From Yuukianura sp. NJ FZ-2021 (taxonomy: Eukaryota): a stretch of 64,000 bases of DNA. A program made the position numbers and the translations under genes. The notes under the pieces were generated by a model, which made no database searches, was not told the DNA's origin, and saw only the letters and a program-made list of their open reading frames with translations. Where the stretch lies: NCBI GenBank assembly GCA_046563655.1, contig JAJCTO010000011.1:1-64000 (forward strand), given 5' to 3'. Positions 52,201 through 64,000 of this stretch are shown piece after piece. Numbering within the stretch: the stretch's first letter is position 1; each line of letters opens with the position of its first letter.

Positions 52201-55200
52201 AAATTTGTGAGAGTGAACATGCAAATGTGAGAATGAACAGAAAGTAAATTACATTTTTGAAATCCTCATAAAAAGTGCTACAGGAACCCGCTTTCACTTG
52301 CTGTGTCGTCCATCATCTTGTTACCTCTATTTATGAAAATTCATGTTTCAAAACAAAAAATTCAAAAGAAATGCATTCCGGAACGATGCTGGGTAAAAGT
52401 CAACTATACTTTTGAAATCCTCATAAAAAGTGCAACAGGAACCCACTTTCACTTGCTGTGTCGTCCATCATTTTGTTACCTTTATTTATGAAAATTCATG
52501 TTTCAAAACAAAAAATTCAAAAGAAATGCATTCCGGAACGATGCTGGGTAAAAGTCAACTATACTTTTGAAATCCTCATAAAAAGTGCTACAGGAACCCA
52601 CTTTCACTTGCTGTGTCGTCCATCATCTTGTTACCTTTATTTATGAAAATTCATGTTTCAAAACAAAAAATTCAAAAGAAATGCATTCCGGAACGATGCT
52701 GGGTAAAAGTCAACTATACTTTTGAAATCCTCATAAAAAGTGCAACAGGAACCCACTTTCACTTGCTGTGTCGTCCATCATCTTGTTACCTTTATTTATG
52801 AAAATCCATGTTTCAAAACAAAAAATTCAAAAGAAATGCATTCCGGAACGATGCTGGGTAAAAGTCAACTATACTTTTGAAATCCTCATAAAAAGTGCTA
52901 CAGGAACCCACGTTCAGTTGCTGTGTCGTCCCTCATCTCGTGACCTTTTTTTATGAAAATTTGTTTCAAAACAAATCAATCGAAAAACCTCCACGCGGAG
53001 CGATGCCGGGCGAAAATGAGTTACTTTTCTGAAATCCTGCTGAAAAGTACTACAGGAACCAAAGTTTAATTGGCGTGGATAGATTGCAATTAAATCTGGT
53101 TAGAGCGTACTTAAAAGTCTGAATGAAACGCTCAACTTCGGATTTTATCTCGGGTTGGAATACGGCACCCAGGGCAATGTCGAGCACCATTTTGATACAA
53201 AACGACTTAAATTTGTGAGACTGAACATGCAAATGTGAGAATGAACAGAAAGTAAATTACATTTTTGAAATCCTCATAAAAAGTGCTACAGGAACCCACT
53301 TTCACTTGCTGTGTCGTCCATCATCTTGTTACCTTTATTTATGAAAATCCATGTTTCAAAACAAAGAATTCAAAAGAAATGCATTCCGGAACGATGCTGG
53401 GTAAAAGTCAACTATATTATTGAAATCCTCATAAAAAGTGCTACAGGAACCCACTTTCACTTGCTGTGTCGTCCATCATCTTGTTACTTTATTTATAAAA
53501 ATTCATGTTTCAAAACAAAAAATTCAAAAGAAATGCATTCCGGAACGATGCTGGGTAAAAGTCAACTATACTTTTGAAATCCTCATAAAAAGTGCTACAG
53601 GAACCCACGTTCAGTTGCTGTGTCGTCCCTCATCTCGTGACCCTTTTTTTATGAAAATTTGTTTCAAAACAAATCAATCGAAAAACCTCCACGCGGAGCG
53701 ATGCCGGGCGAAAATGAGTTACTTTTCTGAAATCCTGCTGAAAAGTACTACAGGAACCAACGTTTAATTGGCGTGGATAGATTGCAATTAAATCTGGTTA
53801 GAGCGTACTTAAAAGTCTGAATGAAACGCTCAACTTCGGATTTTATCTCGAGTTGGAATACGGCACCCAGGGCAATGTCGAGCACCATTTTGACACAAAA
53901 CGACTTAAATTTGTGAGAGTGAACATGCAAATGTGAGAATGAACAGAAAGCAAATTACATTTTTGAAATCCTCATAAAAAGTGCTACAGGAACCCGCTTT
54001 CACTTGCTGTGTCGTCCATCATCTTGTTACCTCTATTTATGAAAATTCATGTTTCAAAACAAAAAATTCAAAAGAAATGCATTCCGGAACGATGCTGGGT
54101 AAACGTCAACTATACTTTTGAAATCCTCATAAAAAGTGCAACAGGAACCCACTTTCACTTGCTGTGTCGTCCATCATCTTGTTACCTTTATTTATGAAAA
54201 TTCATGTTTCAAAACAAAAAATTCAAAAGAAATGCATTCCGGAACGATGCTGGGTAAAAGTCAACTATACTTTTGAAATCCTCATAAAAAGTGCAACAGG
54301 AACCCACTTTCACTTGCTGTGTCGTCCATCATCTTGTTACCTTTATTTATGAAAATTCATGTTTCAAAACAAAAAATTCAAAAGAAATGCATTCCGGAAC
54401 GATGCTGGGTAAAAGTCAACTATACTTTTGAAATCCTCATAAAAAGTGCTACAGGAACCCACGTTCAGTTGCTGTGTCGTCCCTCATCTCGTGACCCTTT
54501 TTTTATGAAAATTTGTTTCAAAACAAATCAATCGAAAAACCTCCACGCGGAGCGATGCCGGGCGAAAATGAGTTACTTTTCTGAAATCCTGCTGAAAAGT
54601 ACTACAGGAACCAACGTTTAATTGGCGTGGATAGATTGCAATTAAATCTGGTTAGAGCGTACTTAAAAGTCTGAATGAAACGCTCAACTTCGGATTTTAT
54701 CTCGAGTTGGAATACGGCACCCAGGGCAATGTCGAGCACCATTTTGACACAAAACGACTTAAATTTGTGAGAGTGAACATGCAAATGTGAGAATGAACAG
54801 AAAGTAAATTACATTTTTGAAATCCTCATAAAAAGTGCTACAGGAACCCGCTTTCACTTGCTGTGTCGTCCATCATCTTGTTACCTCTATTTATGAAAAT
54901 TCATGTTTCAAAACAAAAAATTCAAAAAAAATGCATTCCGGAACGATGCTGGGTAAAAGTCAACTATACTTTTGAAATCCTCATAAAAAGTGCTACAGGA
55001 ACCCACTTTCACTTGCTGTGTCGTCCATCATTTTGTTACTTTATTTATAAAAATTTATGTTTCAAAACAAACACTTCAAAAGAAATACATTCCAGAACGA
55101 TGCTGGGTAAAAGTCAACTATATTTTTAAAATCCTCATAAAAAGTGCTACAGGAACCCACTTTCACTTGCTGTGTCGTCCATCATCTTGTTACCTTTATT

Positions 55201-58200
55201 TATGAAAATTCATGTTTCAAAACAAAAAATTCAAAAGAAATGCATTCCGGAACGATGCTGGGTAAAAGTCAACTATACTTTTGAAATCCTCATAAAAAGT
55301 GCAACAGGAACCCACTTTCACTTGCTGTGTCGTCCATCATCTTGTTACCTTTATTTATGAAAATCCATGTTTCAAAACAAAAAATTCAAAAGAAATGCAT
55401 TCCGGAACGATGCTGGGTAAAAGTCAACTATACTTTTGAAATCCTCATAAAAAGTGCTACAGGAACCCACGTTCAGTTGCTGTGTCGTCCCTCATCTCGT
55501 GACCCTTTTTTTATGAAAATTTGTTTCAAAACAAATCAATCGAAAAACCTCCACGCGGAGCGATGCCGGGCGAAAATGAGTTACTTTTCTGAAATCCTGC
55601 TGAAAAGTACTACAGGAACCAAAGTTTAATTGGCGTGGATAGATTGCAATTAAATCTGGTTAGAGCGTACTTAAAAGTCTGAATGAAACGCTCAACTTCG
55701 GATTTTATCTCGGGTTGGAATACGGCACCCAGGGCAATGTCGAGCACCATTTTGATACAAAACGACTTAAATTTGTGAGACTGAACATGCAAATGTGAGA
55801 ATGAACAGAAAGTAAATTACATTTTTGAAATCCTCATAAAAAGTGCTACAGGAACCCACTTTCACTTGCTGTGTCGTCCATCATCTTGTTACCTTTATTT
55901 ATGAAAATCCATGTTTCAAAACAAAGAATTCAAAAGAAATGCATTCCGGAACGATGCTGGGTAAAAGTCAACTATATTATTGAAATCCTCATAAAAAGTG
56001 CTACAGAAACCCACTTTCACTTGCTGTGTCGTCCATCATCTTGTTACCTTTATTTATGAAAATTCATGTTTCAAAACAAAAAATTCAAAAGAAATGCATT
56101 CCGGAACGATGCTGGGTAAAAGTCAACTATACTTTTGAAATCCTCATAAAAAGTGCTACAGGAACCCACGTTCAGTTGCTGTGTCGTCCCTCATCTCGTG
56201 ACCCTTTTTTTATGAAAATTTGTTTCAAAACAAATCAATCGAAAAACCTCCACGCGGAGCGATGCCGGGCGAAAATGAGTTACTTTTCTGAAATCCTGCT
56301 GAAAAGTACTACAGGAACCAACGTTTAATTGGCGTGGATAGATTGCAATTAAATCTGGTTAGAGCGTACTTAAAAGTCTGAATGAAACGCTCAACTTCGG
56401 ATTTTATCTCGAGTTGGAATACGGCACCCAGGGCAATGTCGAGCACCATTTTGACACAAAACGACTTAAATTTGTGAGAGTGAACATGCAAATGTGAGAA
56501 TGAACAGAAAGCAAATTACATTTTTGAAATCCTCATAAAAAGTGCTACAGGAACCCGCTTTCACTTGCTGTGTCGTCCATCATCTTGTTACCTCTATTTA
56601 TGAAAATTCATGTTTCAAAACAAAAAATTCAAAAGAAATGCATTCCGGAACGATGCTGGGTAAACGTCAACTATACTTTTGAAATCCTCATAAAAAGTGC
56701 AACAGGAACCCACTTTCACTTGCTGTGTCGTCCATCATCTTGTTACCTTTATTTATGAAAATTCATGTTTCAAAACAAAAAATTCAAAAGAAATGCATTC
56801 CGGAACGATGCTGGGTAAAAGTCAACTATACTTTTGAAATCCTCATAAAAAGTGCAACAGGAACCCACTTTCACTTGCTGTGTCGTCCATCATCTTGTTA
56901 CCTTTATTTATGAAAATTCATGTTTCAAAACAAAAAATTCAAAAGAAATGCATTCCGGAACGATGCTGGGTAAAAGTCAACTATACTTTTGAAATCCTCA
57001 TAAAAAGTGCTACAGGAACCCACGTTCAGTTGCTGTGTCGTCCCTCATCTCGTGACCCTTTTTTTATGAAAATTTGTTTCAAAACAAATCAATCGAAAAA
57101 CCTCCACGCGGAGCGATGCCGGGCGAAAATGAGTTACTTTTCTGAAATCCTGCTGAAAAGTACTACAGGAACCAACGTTTAATTGGCGTGGATATATTGC
57201 AATTAAATCTGGTTAGAGCGTACTTAAAAGTCTGAATGAAACGCTCAACTTCGGATTTTATCTCGAGTTGGAATACGGCACCCAGGGCAATGTCGAGCAC
57301 CATTTTGACACAAAACGACTTAAATTTGTGAGAGTGAACATGCAAATGTGAGAATGAACAGAAAGTAAATTACATTTTTGAAATCCTCATAAAAAGTGCT
57401 ACAGGAACCCTTTTTCACTTGCTGTGTCGTCCCTTATCTTGTCACCATTATTTATGAAAATTCATGTTTCAAAACAAAAAATTCAAAAGAAATGCATTCC
57501 GGAACAATGCTGGGTAAAAGTCAACTACAGTTTTGGAATCCTCATAAAAAGTGCTACAGGAACCCACGTTCAGTTGCTGTGTCGTCCCTCATCTCGTGAC
57601 CCTTTTTTTATGAAAATTTGTTTCAAAACAAATCAATCGAAAAGCCTCCACGCGGAGCGATGCCGGGCGAAAATGAGTTACTTTTCTGAAATCCTGCTGA
57701 AAAGTACTACAGGAACCAAAGTTTAATTGGCGTGGATAGATTGCAATTAAATCTGGTTAGAGCGTACTTAAAAGTCTGAATGAAACGCTCAACTTCGGAT
57801 TTTATCTCGGGTTGGAATACGGCACCCAGGGCAATGTCGAGCACCATTTTGACACAAAACGACTTAAATTTGTGAGAGTGAACATGCAAATGTGAGAATG
57901 AACAGAAAGTAAATTACATTTTTGAAATCCTCATAAAAAGTGCTACAGGAACCCACTTTCACTTGCTGTGTCGTCCATCATCTTGTTACCTTTATTTATG
58001 AAAATTCATGTTTCAAAACAAAAAATTCAAAAGAAATGCATTCCGGAACGATGCTGGGTAAAAGTCAACTATACTTTTGAAATCCTCATAAAAAGTGCTA
58101 CAGGAACCCACTTTCACTTGCTGTGTCGTCCATCATCTTGTTACCTTTATTTATGAAAATTCATGTTTCAAAACAAAAAATTCAAAAGAAATGCATTCCG

Positions 58201-61200
58201 GAACGATGCTGGGTAAAAGTCAACTATACTTTTGAAATCCTCATAAAAGTGCAACAGGAACCCACTTTCACTTGCTGTGTCGTCCATCATCTTGTTACCT
58301 TTATTTATGAAAATTCATGTTTCAAAACAAAAAATTCAAAAGAAATGCATTCCGGAACGATGCTGGGTAAAAGTCAACTATACTTTTGAAATCCTCATAA
58401 AAAGTGCTACAGGAACCCACGTTCAGTTGCTGTGTCGTCCCTCATCTCGTGACCCTTTTTTTATGAAAATTTGTTTCAAAACAAATCAATCGAAAAACCT
58501 CCACGCGGAGCGATGCCGGGCGAAAATGAGTTACTTTTCTGAAATCCTGCTGAAAAGTACTACAGGAACCAACGTTTAATTGGCGTGGATAGATTGCAAT
58601 TAAATCTGGTTAGAGCGTACTTAAAAGTCTGAATGAAACGCTCAACTTCGGATTTTATCTCGAGTTGGAATACGGCACCCAGGGCAATGTCGAGCACCAT
58701 TTTGACACAAAACGACTTAAATTTGTGAGAGTGAACATGCAAATGTGAGAATGAACAGAAAGTAAATTACATTTTTGAAATCCTCATAAAAAGTGCTACA
58801 GGAACCCACTTTCACTTGCTGTGTCGTCCATCATCTTGTTACCTTTATTTATGAAAATTCATGTTTCAAAACAAAAAATTCAAAAGAAATGCATTCCGGA
58901 ACGATGCTGGGTAAAAGTCAACTATACTTTTGAAATCCTCATAAAAAGTGCTACAGGAACCCACTTTCACTTGCTGTGTCGTCCATCATCTTGTTACCTT
59001 TATTTATGAAAATTCATGTTTCAAAACAAAAAATTCAAAAGAAATGCATTCCGGAACGATGCTGGGTAAAAGTCAACTATACTTTTGAAATCCTCATAAA
59101 AGTGCAACAGGAACCCACTTTCACTTGCTGTGTCGTCCATCATCTTGTTACCTTTATTTATGAAAATTCATGTTTCAAAACAAAAAATTCAAAAGAAATG
59201 CATTCCGGAACGATGCTGGGTAAAAGTCAACTATACTTTTGAAATCCTCATAAAAAGTGCTACAGGAACCCACGTTCAGTTGCTGTGTCGTCCCTCATCT
59301 CGTGACCCTTTTTTTATGAAAATTTGTTTCAAAACAAATCAATCGAAAAACCTCCACGCGGAGCGATGCCGGGCGAAAATGAGTTACTTTTCTGAAATCC
59401 TGCTGAAAAGTACTACAGGAACCAACGTTTAATTGGCGTGGATAGATTGCAATTAAATCTGGTTAGAGCGTACTTAAAAGTCTGAATGAAACGCTCAACT
59501 TCGGATTTTATCTCGAGTTGGAATACGGCACCCAGGGCAATGTCGAGCACCATTTTGACACAAAACGACTTAAATTTGTGAGAGTGAACATGCAAATGTG
59601 AGAATGAACAGAAAGTAAATTACATTTTTGAAATCCTCATAAAAAGTGCTACAGGAACCCACTTTCACTTGCTGTGTCGTCCATCATCTTGTTACCTTTA
59701 TTTATGAAAATTCATGTTTCAAAACAAAAAATTCAAAAGAAATGCATTCCGGAACGATGCTGGGTAAAAGTCAACTATACTTTTGAAATCCTCATAAAAA
59801 GTGCTACAGGAACCCACGTTCAGTTGCTGTGTCGTCCCTCATCTCGTGACCCTTTTTTTATGAAAATTTGTTTCAAAACAAATCAATCGAAAAACCTCCA
59901 CGCGGAGCGATGCCGGGCGAAAATGAGTTACTTTTCTGAAATCCTGCTGAAAAGTACTACAGGAACCAACGTTTAATTGGCGTGGATAGATTGCAATTAA
60001 ATCTGGTTAGAGCGTACTTAAAAGTCTGAATGAAACGCTCAACTTCGGATTTTATCTCGAGTTGGAATACGGCACCCAGGGCAATGTCGAGCACCATTTT
60101 GACACAAAACGACTTAAATTTGTGAGAGTGAACATGCAAATGTGAGAATGAACAGAAAGTAAATTACATTTTTGAAATCCTCATAAAAAGTGCTACAGGA
60201 ACCCACTTTCACTTGCTGTGTCGTCCATCATCTTGTTACCTTTATTTATGAAAATTCATGTTTCAAAACAAAAAATTCAAAAGAAATGCATTCCGGAACA
60301 ATGTTGGGTAAAAGTCAACTATATTTTTGGAATCCTCATAAAAAGTGCTACAGGAACCCACGTTCAGTTGCTGTGTCGTCCCTCATCTCGTGACCCTTTT
60401 TTTATGAAAATTTGTTTCAAAACAAATCAATCGAAAAACCTCCACGCGGAGCGATGCCGGGCGAAAATGAGTTACTTTTCTGAAATCCTGCTGAAAAGTA
60501 CTACAGGAACCAAAGTTTAATTGGCGTGGATAGATTGCAATTAAATCTGGTTAGAGCGTACTTAAAAGTCTGAATGAAACGCTCAACTTCGGATTTTATC
60601 TCGGGTTGGAATACGGCACCCAGGGCAATGTCGAGCACCATTTTGACACAAAACGACTTAAATTTGTGAGAGTGAACATGCAAATGTGAGAATGAACAGA
60701 AAGTAAATTACATTTTTGAAATCCTCATAAAAAGTGCTACAGGAACCCACTTTCACTTGCTGTGTCGTCCATCATCTTGTTACCTTTATTTATGAAAATT
60801 CATGTTTCAAAACAAAAAATTCAAAAGAAATGCATTCCGGAACGATGCTGGGTAAAAGTCAACTATACTTTTGAAATCCTCATAAAAAGTGCTACAGGAA
60901 CCCACTTTCACTTGCTGTGTCGTCCATCATCTTGTTACCTTTATTTATGAAAATCCATGTTTCAAAACATAGAATTCAAAAGAAATGCATTCCGGAACGA
61001 TGCTTAGGTAAAAGTCAACTATATTTTTGGAATCCTCATAAAAAGTGCTACAGGAACCCACGTTCAGTTGCTGTGTCGTCCCTCATCTCGTGACCCTTTT
61101 TTTATGAAAATTTGTTTCAAAACAAACCAATCGAAAAACCTCCACGCGCAGCGATGCCGGGCAAAAATGAGTTACTTTTCTGAAATCCTCCTGAAAAGTA

Positions 61201-64000
61201 CTACAGGAACACAAGTTTAATTGGCGTGGATAGATCGCAATTAAATCTGGTTAAAGCGTACTTACAAGTCTGAATGAACCGCTCTGCCTCGGATTTTACC
61301 TTGGGTTGGTATACGCCACACAGGGCAATGTCGAGCACCATTTTGACGCAGAACGACTTAAATTTGTGAGAATGAACATGCAAATGTGAGAATGAACAGA
61401 AAGTAAATTACATTTTTGAAATCCTCATAAAAAGTGCTACAGGAACCCACTTTCACTTGCTGTGTCGTCCATCACCTTGTTACCTTTATTTATGAAAATT
61501 CATGTTTCAAAACAAAGAATTCAAAAGAAATGCATTCCGGAACGATGCTTGGGTAAAAGTCAACTATATTTTTGGAATCCTCATAAAAAGTGCTACAGGA
61601 ACCCACGTTCAGTTGCTGTGTCGTCCCTCATCTCGTGACCCTTTTTTTATGAAAATTTGTTTCAAAACAAATCAATCGAAAAACCTCCACGCGGAGCGAT
61701 GCCGGGCGAAAATGAGTTACTTTTCTGAAATCCTGCTGAAAAGTACTACAGGAACCAAAGTTTAATTGGCGTGGATAGATTGCAATTAAATCTGGTTAGA
61801 GCGTACTTAAAAGTCTGAATGAAACGCTCAACTTCGGATTTTATCTCGGGTTGGAATACGGCACCCAGGGCAATGTCGAGCACCATTTTGACACAAAACG
61901 ACTTAAATTTGTGAGAGTGAACATGCAAATGTGAGAATGAACAGAAAGTAAATTACATTTTTGAAATCCTCATAAAAAGTGCTACAGGAACCCACTTTCA
62001 CTTGCTGTGTCGTCCATCATCTTGTTACCTTTATTTATGAAAATTCATGTTTCAAAACAAAAAATTCAAAAGAAATGCATTCCGGAACAATGTTGGGTAA
62101 AAGTCAACTATATTTTTGGAATCCTCATAAAAAGTGCTACAGGAACCCACGTTCAGTTGCTGTGTCGTCCCTCATCTCGTGACCCTTTTTTTATGAAAAT
62201 TTGTTTCAAAACAAATCAATCGAAAAACCTCCACGCGGAGCGATGCCGGGCGAAAATGAGTTACTTTTCTGAAATCCTGCTGAAAAGTACTACAGGAACC
62301 AAAGTTTAATTGGCGTGGATAGATTGCAATTAAATCTGGTTAGAGCGTACTTAAAAGTCTGAATGAAACGCTCAACTTCGGATTTTATCTCGGGTTGGAA
62401 TACGGCACCCAGGGCAATGTCGAGCACCATTTTGACACAAAACGACTTAAATTTGTGAGAGTGAACATGCAAATGTGAGAATGAACAGAAAGTAAATTAC
62501 ATTTTTGAAATCCTCATAAAAAGTGCTACAGGAACCCACTTTCACTTGCTGTGTCGTCCATCATCTTGTTACCTTTATTTATGAAAATTCATGTTTCAAA
62601 ACAAAAAATTCAAAAGAAATGCATTCCGGAACGATGCTGGGTAAAAGTCAACTATACTTTTGAAATCCTCATAAAAAGTGCTACAGGAACCCACTTTCAC
62701 TTGCTGTGTCGTCCATCATCTTGTTACCTTTATTTATGAAAATCCATGTTTCAAAACATAGAATTCAAAAGAAATGCATTCCGGAACGATGCTTAGGTAA
62801 AAGTCAACTATATTTTTGGAATCCTCATAAAAAGTGCTACAGGAACCCACGTTCAGTTGCTGTGTCGTCCCTCATCTCGTGACCCTTTTTTTATGAAAAT
62901 TTGTTTCAAAACAAACCAATCGAAAAACCTCCACGCGCAGCGATGCCGGGCAAAAATGAGTTACTTTTCTGAAATCCTGCTGAAAAGTACTACAGGAACA
63001 CAAGTTTAATTGGCGTGGATAGATCGCAATTAAATCTGGTTAAAGCGTACTTACAAGTCTGAATGAACCGCTCTGCCTCGGATTTTACCTTGGGTTGGTA
63101 TACGCCACACAGGGCAATGTCGAGCACCATTTTGACGCAGAACGACTTAAATTTGTGAGATTGAATATGCAAATGTGAGAATGAACAGAAAGTAAATTAC
63201 ATTTTTGAAATCCTCATAAAAAGGGCTACAGCAACCCACTTTCACTTGCTGTGTCGTCCATCATCTTGTTACCTGTATTTATGAAAATCCATGTTTCAAA
63301 ACAAAAAATTCAAAAGAAATGCATTCCGGAACAATGCTGGGTAAAAGTCAACTATATTTTTGGAATCCTCATAAAAAGTGCTACAGGAACCCACGTTCAG
63401 TTGCTGTGTCGTCCCTCATCTCGTGACCCTTTTTTTATGAAAATTTGTTTCAAAACAAATCAATCGAAAAACCTCCACGCGAAGCGATGCCGGGCGAAAA
63501 TGAGTTACTTTTCTGAAATCCTGCTGAAAAGTACTACAGGAACCAAAGTTTAATTGGCGTGGATAGATTGCAATTAAATCTGGTTAGAGCGTACTTAAAA
63601 GTCTGAATGAAACGCTCAACTTCGGATTTTATCTCGGGTTGGAATACGGCACCCAGGGCAATGTCGAGCACCATTTTGACACAAAACGACTTAAATTTGT
63701 GAGAGTGAACATGCAAATGTGAGAATGAACAGAAAGTAAATTACATTTTTGAAATCCTCATAAAAAGTGCTACAGGAACCCACTTTCACTTGCTGTGTCG
63801 TCCATCATCTTGTTACCTTTATTTATGAAAATTCATGTTTCAAAACAAAAAATTCAAAAGAAATGCATTCCGGAACGATGCTGGGTAAAAGTCAACTATA
63901 CTTTTGAAATCCTCATAAAAAGTGCTACAGGAACCCACTTTCACTTGCTGTGTCGTCCATCACCTTGTTACCTTTATTTATGAAAATTCATGTTTCAAAA
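49242..64000. repeat. Same composite satellite array, right of the insertion (D-An-B units, no C monomer seen); runs off the window end
   Basis: Resumes in phase at GTACTACAGGAACCAAAGTTT. D-to-D spacings are 544-545, 698-700, 853-854 and 1008-1009 bp. Confidence 0.98.

Noticed and set aside
50..63983. Hundreds of 60-190 aa ORFs on both strands
   Set aside because: They are translations of satellite monomers, often with non-ATG starts. They fuse or frameshift freely with homopolymer length, monomer lengths are mostly not multiples of three, and no domain is recognisable.

Overview
This window is eukaryotic satellite DNA (centromeric or pericentromeric in style) with no credible protein-coding genes; the recurring ORFs are translations of the repeat. 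About 96% of it is one head-to-tail array built from related 153-155 bp monomers (A 155, B 153, C 154) and a largely unrelated 236 bp monomer (D, about 83 copies by manual count). All four share a ~30 bp junction, GAAATCCTC(AT/CT)(A/G)AAAAGT(G/A)CTACAGGAACC. The higher-order unit is D-(A)n-B-C on the left (basic unit 698 bp) and D-(A)n-B on the right (544/699/854/1009 bp and longer), and private SNPs trace several block duplications. The array is interrupted once, at 46495-49241, by a 2747 bp LTR retroelement with two identical 175 bp TG...CA LTRs, a 4 bp GTAC target-site duplication and an animal-type initiator tRNA-Met primer binding site. It has no recognisable gag/pol and no clear polypurine tract, and it carries an internal ~34 bp-period array of (G)ACGTCA/CRE motifs. 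It reads as a very young non-autonomous (TRIM/LARD-like, probably Gypsy-mobilised) element. All coordinates and counts were read by eye; no alignment or database search was run.
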